A stretch of 64,000 bases of DNA, taken from Candidatus Omnitrophota bacterium (GTDB taxonomy: Bacteria > Omnitrophota > Gorgyraeia > Tantalellales > Tantalellaceae). This document shows positions 58,101 to 64,000 of the stretch, piece by piece. The notes beneath the pieces are model-generated. The model was not told the DNA's origin. It did no database searches and saw only the letters and a list, made by a program, of their open reading frames with translations. The stretch spans positions 69,157-133,156 of the forward strand of contig JAHJBY010000033.1 in NCBI GenBank assembly GCA_018813285.1, given 5' to 3'. The number at the start of each line of letters is the position of its first letter. Position 1 is the stretch's first letter. Made by a program: the position numbers and the translations under genes.

Positions 58101-61100
58101 CTGCCGTTTGACTGATTCAAAGATAAAGCTTTTTCATAATCTATCAATTTTTGTGCACGCGTCATGGGCGCGACTTCCGCGTATAAAAGATATGCGTTTG
58201 ACAATTCCCCAGTAACATCCGGGGCGTTTTCTCTGCCGCTTAACTTTTTCATAATAGATTTCGCTTTCCCGAACACCCTTTCTTTATATTTATCATCGGG
58301 TATGGCCTTCCCCTGTTCTATCAGCGCCTGTGCCAGCTTAAACCGGGCGGCATATCTCTTGCCGGCGCTGATATACCGCAAAGGAGCCTGCCACCACCCA
58401 TGCAGGGCTACGATCCTGCTGTGCGCCTTACCGGTAATCCTATCAAAATGTGATTTGAGTTCTTTTTTCCTGGTTTCATCCTCAATATTCTCGATATGTT
58501 CTTTAGCCGAAGAAACTTCATGGAGGACCTCCCGCAAGCGTTGTATTTTCGAGGCGGGTCTACGCAATACATCCCTCCATTTCCATTCCATTCTTTTTTC
58601 TATGCGCGCCTTCAGCGCTTCCACAAGTTTTGTTTTTATCTCGTCCAATTTATCTTTTGTTTCGTTTTTCTCTTTCTCATCAGTTATCTCATCGGGTTTG
58701 ATATTTTCTATCGCCTGCCGCGCGTACGTAATGACCTTCTCCTGTTCTTTCACTTTCCACGCGAATTCAATAACTTTCTCATAAAGCCCTGCATCTTTTC
58801 CATCCGCCTCGATCGCCTTGTCGTAATACTCAAACGTTTTCTTTCTATCATCGATAGGCCTGAAAATGAGATATTTACAGACTAAATACGCAACAATGAG
58901 TGTCCCGAGAGTTCCGATAACATAGGGCATTATTCCGTGCAGATGTGTACCGGCGGTTTCAAGCATGCCCATAAACTGCAGCACACCGACTCTGCGGCAA
59001 TACGACAACAACAGTAGCAAAGATAACAAAATAATGACTCCTCCAGCGCAAAGAACGACACTTTTCACGTCGCTATACGTCCTGTATCTGTTCATATAGC
59101 CTTCGGCGATCCCTGCATATGTCTCTTTTGAAACGTCTTTCAGCTTCTCGCATTTTCTGAAATCTGAAAATGCTTTTCCCTTCCAGTTCTTGTCACGATT
59201 TATCTCCGCCCTCAGAAGCCGCGCCTTAAGTTCCGCGTCGTTCAACCCGCCGGGCAACCTCTTCTTCATCCTGAACGAAAGAAACTTCCTTAACCTGGAA
59301 AAATCCTTCCATCTCAAGACCTCATTCAACTCTTCCAATGCCTCGTCCGTTCTGCCCACCAAAAGCTTAAGTGCTTCCGCTTTCAGCACCATCGCCTCCG
59401 CCGCGTAAGAAAGCACTCTTTTCGCCGATTCGACTGCTTTAAGACCCTCATCAGCGTATTCACTCGTAGCATCCGTATTCCCTTCCTTCGATTCCTCTTC
59501 GCTTTTTCCATTATACGCGGCCGCGAGAGCGATATAAGCTTTATGCAGTTCCAACGGATTATAAAGTATCCTCTCGAGTTTTATTGTAAGTTTGTGTGCT
59601 TCAAAATTGTATTTATCCTTTTCCACGGCTTTTTTCGCTTCAGCGAGCGCTTCCTCAAAATGGTTGAGGCTAAAATGCGCCCGGGCAAGCTTGTAATGCG
59701 CCTCGCTGTTTTCCGGGTCAAGTTTCACGGCCTCTTCGTACATAGCAATGGCGGAAAGGAGATTACGCGCGCGTTTTATCATTCCTTCTTCACCAAACTT
59801 TTCATATAAACCTTCTTCGTCCACTCCCGCAAACACATCCGCCTCATTGATCAACTGCTTGAAATCGCTTTTTGACAGCTCATAAGACGCTAATTCGTCT
59901 TCGGCGCTCTTTCTTTCCGTTTCAGGAATGATTTGAGTTTGTCTCGCGAGAAAACACTTTTTCTCTTCACCCGTCATATCATGCCAGGACTTCTGTTTCT
60001 TATCCGCATGACACGTCTTTATGTCCGTGTAAAGCACTTCAAGATCACTGATAAGTTTCTCGACATAAAGCGCTTTAAGATCATCGGCAAGTTTTTCAAC
60101 CACGTTCATCTTGCCTTTGCCTTTAGCGATAACATCTAAAATGGCGTCTTCAAGCCCCGGTTCTTCTGCCAAACGCGTAAGTTTAAACACGTCTTTTATC
60201 ACTTCCCGCAGAAATTCGTCAAACTCCGGTAATATCTCTCGACTTGACAGGTTTGACTTTTCGTACGCGAGGTCGATAAAACCTTCAAGTGCCGTAACGC
60301 GCGCCAGGCGGCTGATCTTACCGTTCATAAAAACAGCAAGCAGCAATCTCGCGAGTTTGCCGGTCTTGTCGTCTTTTTTAAGTTTTTCTGTTACATATTC
60401 CAGGAGTTCAAGCACCGGAAAATCCACTCCTTCGATCAATACTTTGTCCTTCTGTGCGCTCGCAAACGCCTCCGCCATCGCGTCAATCCCAACAACCTTT
60501 TTTGCCAGCCGTAGCCGCAGGTCCCGAAATCTTTCCTCAAGCATCCTTCGTTTCTTCCTGTCCGTTTCCGTATGTTTGATCCTTTCGAGTCTTTTGTCTA
60601 TTTCCCCTGTCAGCTCCACAAGCTTCTCTTTATAGCCATAAATATAATCCAACAACTTGTCGGCGACTTCCTCGGCGACCTTCTTCCCGTCGTCAGAATC
60701 GTCCGCCAATTCAACGGCATCAAGATAAGCGTTGCGCGCCCGTTGCAAAGCATCATCCCCCTTAGCATCATTTTCACCCTTTTCGGCTTTTCTTTTCTTT
60801 TCCTTCTCCTGCGCCTCGGCAAACTCTTTACTTGATTTTTCGACTTTTTTCTTCAATGTTTCTTTCTCTTCTTCCAATTTATCGAGTTTTTCTTTTATTT
60901 TTTGAACCCGTGCCTCTTTTTCTTTTATCGCTCCATCATTGCCTTCTTTTTGCTTACGAACTCCGAATATTTCCCCCTTAATTCTGCTTTGTTCTTCTAA
61001 TTGCAAAGCAAGTATCGCCTCATCAAGCTTCCCCCGAAGCTGATCGATTTCTTTGTCTAAAACGTCCCGTTCGCGTTTTAATCCATCCATTTCTCTTTGC

Positions 61101-64000
61101 AATTTACCTCGTTCTCCTGTCACCTCAACCAGATCCTTTTCCACCCTGCTTTTAAAGTCTTCATCCTCTCTTAACACTCTTTCCGCTTCCGCCCGCGCCC
61201 GCGCGGCTTCGATATAATCACCCGCCATCGCGTCAGCGTATTTTTTCCTGACAGAGGCATCATTCGGCGCTATTTTGACCGCACGCCTGAGCGCCCTGTA
61301 ATAAGCACTCAATGGATCACCCACATCGGTAACAACGGTCTGTTGGGAATGTAGCGCCAGGTACTTGTTGAGAAGGGCATTCGTCTCTTCAGCTTCAGCG
61401 TTCTTGCCCTCCCTGGCGTAAAGTCTTTCCTTCACTTTATGGGCAATGATAACGCGGTTGTTAAGCATGAAAAGTCTTTTTGTGAGAAGTTCCTTTTCTT
61501 CCTTCTGTAACGATTCCTCGAGCTCTTTTTCAAGTTCCTCCACCTCTTCCTTAAAAAGCTCTACAACCTTTCCATACTCCTCATTCGCCTCCTTATATTT
61601 TCCTTCCGTCTCAAATGTCCGCACCCGGAGTATATGCAATTCAAACTGCCTTTCTTTTGCCGTCCAAAGACGGATTCTTGCCTGTTTCTTTTCGGCTTCT
61701 TTAAACTCCATGACTGCCGTGTTATACTCATCTAACAAACTCTCTATCTTATCCAGAATCTGCCGGTTATTATCCGCAACTCGTTTCCTTTCAGGATCCC
61801 CGTTCAAGTCGGCGTAGACAATCCCGGCAAGAACATTCCTGACCGTTATGAGAATACCGGCCTTCTTTAACCTTATCTCATCGCTGCCTGTCTCCCTTAT
61901 TTCCAAATGAAAAGAAATAGGCCCAAACGCTCCGGCATCGTTAAAAATGCCCAAAAACCTGACCGCTTTTTCATAATTCCCGGCTTTGGTCATGTCACCT
62001 CTATTTTTTATAAATTTTTCAAAAAATTTCATAAACTTATCCACCCTGTCAATCCTGTCGCCCCGGATACCTAATACTTGTGTAACTATTTTCGTTTTTT
62101 CGTTATCGGAAATATCCGTATCCGGGGTGGAAATAACCTTTTCTAACATCATATCAAGCACCTCATCAAAACTGAACTGCCCGTCTTCGTCGCCTACCAG
62201 TTTGTCTTTATGCCATTGGATATGACCGATAATTACGCCAATAATTCCCGGGGACGGGCCTTCCATCCTTTCTATCTCACACTTAAGGAGTTTTACGAGA
62301 AAAGGTTTTCTCGTCTTCATCTCTTCCTTCAGCAACAAGTCTTTTACTTTTTTCAGCCTTGCCGTCGCATTGGCAAAGTTTTCAATATGAACATCTGTCA
62401 AAAGTCCCACGATCCTTTCCTCGTACCTCTTTTTTTCTTCTTCGGCCGCCATTTCCGCCAGGAGCGTATAAGTTTCTATCAAATCCTCGAGATCCGGTTC
62501 AGACATTATCGTTTTAGGCTTGCCATCTTCAAGTTTCTTATCTAACATCTTTTCCATACAAAACGCTTTTGCCATAAGAAGAAGCCGACTGTCAGGATGA
62601 TCTCTTAACTCTATATTCACCTGACCAAGGACATTTTTTATCGTCTCAAGCGTGATCCTTCCGTCATTCAACAAAACCTCAAAAACTCCAAATGCCGCAT
62701 CCCTCACTTCATCAGAATCCGATAAGAAGGGCCCAATTATATTGTTATAAACGGCATTTGCGTTATTAATCCAATTTTTTTCTCTTTTACGATAATTTTC
62801 ATCTCCCTCTCCTTCTTTTCTCGATAAATGCAGAAACCTGGATTTTTTCATCCATCCTAACCACGCCAAACGTAAATGGTCGCGTATTTCATTGACGTTT
62901 TCTATCCCGGCCGGCACGATTTCATTTGCAATCCTTTGTGCTTCCTTGAACTCCACAATTACAGCGCCGATAAACTTATCAAGATTACTCGTCTGCTCAA
63001 TGATGTCTTCAAAAACAGGAACAATTTTTTCCTCGACAATTTTCTTCACGGCTTCAGGGTTCTTGACCCCTTCCAGCTGGGCCTTGATCTCTTCCTGAGC
63101 AAGTTTTTTATATGCTTCTATGAGCTTTTTCCGTATTCCTGTCAATCTTGTCTTTTCGCTGTCAAGGTCGTCTTCTTTCCATGTTTTTTCCCCTTTTTCC
63201 CGGCTCTCCCCGACAATCTCCAGTTGTTCTGTAAACGCTTTTTCGGTCTCCGCCACTTCTCTGCGGACCTGCCAGAGGGCTGAAAACATCTGTTTTTCTT
63301 TTACTCCGGATAATTTGCCCAGCACATCCTCATGTAGCGTGGCTAAAACGTCATGACCCTTCTTGTTTTTTTCAAGCCACTCGACAAACCCCTCAAGATA
63401 TTCTTTTCGCCGTCTTCTGGCCGCCTTGACCCAAAGAATTCCCCCGTGCAACGTGTCGTAATCATCCGCACTGAAAAGCAAACGCGCCAAGCTTTCAAGA
63501 TTACGGACAGCCAGCTCTATTCTTTTCTCATGTTCCTCTTTTTCCTTATCGTCAGTGATCTCATTTGATTTCTCTTTCAGCGTCTTTACGTCTCTCTGCC
63601 CTTCGCTTAATACCTTTCTTACATGACTTTTTTGCCGGAAAATCCATTTGAAAAAGCTCCCGCGCTCTATCCTGACAGCGGTAAGGTTGCGTCGGATGTC
63701 ATCAAACAGTCTACGCCCTTCCTCATCAAGCGTTCCTCTCTCTTCTTCCGTCACGTCAAACCGCCTGAGCGCGTAACCCGCGACCATCCTGCCGGCGGCG
63801 AGGTTAATAACCCGCACTACGCCGTTACAAACAGCGTGAAGAAGCACGGCTATCGCGAAATACAGGATATACTGCGTATAAACTCCGGTAAGAAGACCCG
63901 GTAATAAATCGAAAAGGGGTGATATGTTACCCATAACGGCGGGAATGGATATATTGAGAAAGACCCCTAAAACGGCTGGGGGAAGGCGCGTTCCCCACAT
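52178..64000 (-). CDS. Giant multi-domain membrane protein (C-terminal >=3,940 aa; N-terminus beyond window). TPR-like repeats, extensive coiled coil, two TM clusters.
   Basis: Single uninterrupted 11.8-kb reading frame running to the window edge. Multiple TPR-like units (e.g. SEAHYKLARAHFSLNHFEEALAEAKKAVEKDKYNFEAH). Long K/E-rich heptad segments. TM clusters near 58.9-59.05 kb and 53.56-53.96 kb, and in the first in-window residues. A ~460-aa C-terminal domain of unknown fold. Confidence 0.8.
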   Translation of the reverse strand: MWGTRLPPAVLGVFLNISIPAVMGNISPLFDLLPGLLTGVYTQYILYFAIAVLLHAVCNGVVRVINLAAGRMVAGYALRRFDVTEEERGTLDEEGRRLFDDIRRNLTAVRIERGSFFKWIFRQKSHVRKVLSEGQRDVKTLKEKSNEITDDKEKEEHEKRIELAVRNLESLARLLFSADDYDTLHGGILWVKAARRRRKEYLEGFVEWLEKNKKGHDVLATLHEDVLGKLSGVKEKQMFSALWQVRREVAETEKAFTEQLEIVGESREKGEKTWKEDDLDSEKTRLTGIRKKLIEAYKKLAQEEIKAQLEGVKNPEAVKKIVEEKIVPVFEDIIEQTSNLDKFIGAVIVEFKEAQRIANEIVPAGIENVNEIRDHLRLAWLGWMKKSRFLHLSRKEGEGDENYRKREKNWINNANAVYNNIIGPFLSDSDEVRDAAFGVFEVLLNDGRITLETIKNVLGQVNIELRDHPDSRLLLMAKAFCMEKMLDKKLEDGKPKTIMSEPDLEDLIETYTLLAEMAAEEEKKRYEERIVGLLTDVHIENFANATARLKKVKDLLLKEEMKTRKPFLVKLLKCEIERMEGPSPGIIGVIIGHIQWHKDKLVGDEDGQFSFDEVLDMMLEKVISTPDTDISDNEKTKIVTQVLGIRGDRIDRVDKFMKFFEKFIKNRGDMTKAGNYEKAVRFLGIFNDAGAFGPISFHLEIRETGSDEIRLKKAGILITVRNVLAGIVYADLNGDPERKRVADNNRQILDKIESLLDEYNTAVMEFKEAEKKQARIRLWTAKERQFELHILRVRTFETEGKYKEANEEYGKVVELFKEEVEELEKELEESLQKEEKELLTKRLFMLNNRVIIAHKVKERLYAREGKNAEAEETNALLNKYLALHSQQTVVTDVGDPLSAYYRALRRAVKIAPNDASVRKKYADAMAGDYIEAARARAEAERVLREDEDFKSRVEKDLVEVTGERGKLQREMDGLKRERDVLDKEIDQLRGKLDEAILALQLEEQSRIKGEIFGVRKQKEGNDGAIKEKEARVQKIKEKLDKLEEEKETLKKKVEKSSKEFAEAQEKEKKRKAEKGENDAKGDDALQRARNAYLDAVELADDSDDGKKVAEEVADKLLDYIYGYKEKLVELTGEIDKRLERIKHTETDRKKRRMLEERFRDLRLRLAKKVVGIDAMAEAFASAQKDKVLIEGVDFPVLELLEYVTEKLKKDDKTGKLARLLLAVFMNGKISRLARVTALEGFIDLAYEKSNLSSREILPEFDEFLREVIKDVFKLTRLAEEPGLEDAILDVIAKGKGKMNVVEKLADDLKALYVEKLISDLEVLYTDIKTCHADKKQKSWHDMTGEEKKCFLARQTQIIPETERKSAEDELASYELSKSDFKQLINEADVFAGVDEEGLYEKFGEEGMIKRARNLLSAIAMYEEAVKLDPENSEAHYKLARAHFSLNHFEEALAEAKKAVEKDKYNFEAHKLTIKLERILYNPLELHKAYIALAAAYNGKSEEESKEGNTDATSEYADEGLKAVESAKRVLSYAAEAMVLKAEALKLLVGRTDEALEELNEVLRWKDFSRLRKFLSFRMKKRLPGGLNDAELKARLLRAEINRDKNWKGKAFSDFRKCEKLKDVSKETYAGIAEGYMNRYRTYSDVKSVVLCAGGVIILLSLLLLLSYCRRVGVLQFMGMLETAGTHLHGIMPYVIGTLGTLIVAYLVCKYLIFRPIDDRKKTFEYYDKAIEADGKDAGLYEKVIEFAWKVKEQEKVITYARQAIENIKPDEITDEKEKNETKDKLDEIKTKLVEALKARIEKRMEWKWRDVLRRPASKIQRLREVLHEVSSAKEHIENIEDETRKKELKSHFDRITGKAHSRIVALHGWWQAPLRYISAGKRYAARFKLAQALIEQGKAIPDDKYKERVFGKAKSIMKKLSGRENAPDVTGELSNAYLLYAEVAPMTRAQKLIDYEKALSLNQSNGRAHFKRGLLHLADGRTRPAADDLEKAVGEGLNDEDAADAHEKLIGLYEKSDDTAVKNNAKAQEHRVKLNELQRKKDAEIEKYVVTRKEKIKKAVRERNISVMAEKARETWKLGQKKEALEEYIKKFEKIPKRAGMTAAVRGRIGKLEKEVGPLNTDITGTFDSMKDISYEQLVYILRERGLDGEKRAGAISLLRWVISVKKTELGEYLNSSKLILAELLLQEADVSKIARTRIKESEELLNEFRAGDVENIDEWMLFYLLKAKLGLASDETRDVEETVAENLKEAIRLRYDSRHDDQIIELFVSWTSRIEELGGLGKSIPSRVQYFISDDGFKKVMFSAPHRAKKVSIVLLNERFGLNNGKLIIEVLEPKLLSVEDKTELLRLLMGQIRETMLVRGIVPTSVDLGALTLAIKKLENIKACRQYAYMIRGYIHRFRGRRMRARFRFWRAAKAGEEVKAESLFRSGIEAYERNDFSKAYSLFLKAEKSGYEKAELYRFMALSGRGLAEFEVSAKNMTESQKLFDLAIDNMEKARQLDEKLKEDSGFIDELRGMYKSVIEHMGAYSAGVDRDAAFVEKGVDYLEKMYEFFPDTFRTDSFAIGICIDVLQGAYSDLSSRKQRNNRPLLARLTVLKGLTYLKGEVRDFRKAEESFYRALWMDKRCVLAKVGLRDLALEEGREAEAEAVERNEEAAAEAIERHEEAVALDADFARKTAGQQMADIFVDRAKGQKKAGDRIEDLKKAAELSSTPENRLNLAEAYFDEGKFEEASRVLKELDAEDDLAGETRGEVKERVDKINKIRKNVNRTIAGSAKARQDLARFEKEEKEISKGITLLKGERARLETELRQLEKEGKDASIEKRRRREIISWIRSREDGLEDLLGSREKEILEKPYMKKDREEAVQKVSEDQKEEAERKKRLEQVRGLLERRKLSLKKNVAVAEKQKLEPSGLEDADKKPTVNLILGMAARALQNGELVRAEILLRKAQEIAPGSERLKDLSKELVFKGGDKARMDDLLKGHILTLSAKGKNAREKIQIYGDIISCHEEVYRIESGRKVSQETRERKQRRVEKLQKDADSGKAKAYDDVAAVIGGLKSDEFETVLEELPALLEKMFTFWKVRNENDKVFNLSVYLLKTIPYSKSADSVFEICIKEIGKSVLFDDGLRERKRKNLRKRLINDKVLIDGIKAISEKTFNETLAKELINLFFLNDGAYHAVLSAMLSRQGEKDKLFISTLLGHLNARFSETLIRAITGKGTFLPEIKTIREKVLLFDSIQNAVNNLGEIEFAEEELKTNLYFCLALMNLAARDFDGAIPFFDKSLKGEFRLKARRLLVHAYLGKGDRAGAFQVFYAMHKEAPYSSVVNSARNKLGIGKDDSILWNQTKFGMEHLLLAPFRERMVYFGVPLLLTQCLTPVITGLMGVSPSVQTSVLILASLQILSGIFFVLLHKHGWKTALLVTGLNIFMPFVIETGVWQLLTVAVALHSVVNLTAFITNTVVGRKAVPYATIRSGPASLPPTTKKMPPVITPVAVIGIVGADEGAMEKKYPIIKNYANIEFIAVKNKEAFEKIATEAGLKPHVLIEMREETDMEDAIKEAVRIAEIQALANMFPYLIHPYAGGLDEGAMMALEGKTLDDMGNILNVLQDVLPDEAHHDVLGSIMRDYYPRALAGEEFRFPSIVPGDNEKWADEYCKSAGEAVTADRDDSLSDEEKADLRDRFLGYHSGFVKYLNDNPKMPFGDLLDFKNMAAKHEDEKIKGMEKSLMELIPEVPKAIVIDTRFPGVDIGEMIPAIKAFADKRFYICVATTRDVPIPEEIISLKNVIPVVLDPNRKKENISNTVKEVLKSLEVKGVNIRPADVSMAAVESGALTENLINYMRAEGKENVPGFVLLGKNVLTDDAAGKRINRILPEVAVVSLLKRTLDEKDAPRIMAVECAEETLKRLEKGLKDILHLLIKITRLNIGEEIRQEIDAITKTAVAL

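Overview
Scope and strand bias: this 64-kb window is a densely packed bacterial chromosomal segment. Almost all genes lie on the minus strand; the only plus-strand genes I accept are an XRE-cupin regulator and one small secreted protein. The host appears Gram-negative in type, based on a FadL-like beta-barrel outer-membrane protein, RodZ and lipoproteins.

Features, in window order:
1) A complete dcw cell-wall/division cluster, mraZ-rsmH-ftsL-ftsI-murE-murF-mraY-murD-ftsW-murG-murC-murB-ddl-ftsQ, with ftsQ truncated by the window start.
2) A FadL-like outer-membrane protein divergent from an XRE-cupin regulator.
3) A long co-directional signalling operon: excisionase-type HTH, SRPBCC lipid-binding protein, acyl-ACP-reductase (AAR)-like reductase, multi-TM sensor histidine kinase, an internally deleted receiver paralog, a CheY-like receiver and an HD-GYP phosphodiesterase.
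4) pgsA-pgpA-rimO-rodZ-ftsK-uppP, ending in a triple tandem hairpin array.
5) The dut-pnp-rpsO-ribF-truB-nrnA-rbfA cluster, followed by a CCA/poly(A)-polymerase-family gene, a Xer recombinase, an MBL hydrolase, a lipoprotein and acyP.
6) A small tRNA-Pro(CGG)-adjacent islet: an XRE HTH protein and an MntA/HepT toxin-antitoxin pair.
7) A riboflavin operon, ribBA-ribH-nusB-PHP-ribD-ribE, preceded by a recognisable FMN riboswitch with an attenuator hairpin.
8) groES-groEL with a perfect CIRCE operator, a TTGACA-16-TATAAT promoter and a 17-bp-stem terminator.
9) An APC permease with a C-terminal EIIA-like domain, in an operon with a membrane-anchored protein.
10) The C-terminal ~3,940 codons of a giant ORF that runs off the window end. 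It is rich in TPR and coiled-coil sequence and carries two clusters of transmembrane helices.

Recurring non-coding families: the intergenic regions carry at least two short repeat families. One is a mosaic family with GTGAA heptad repeats plus TTGCCCCTTGACCCT and GCAAGACGCGAAACG motifs at four loci. The other is a CAATAC-triplet leader motif upstream of rbfA and ribBA.

Most notable candidates: the signalling operon and the giant ORF.
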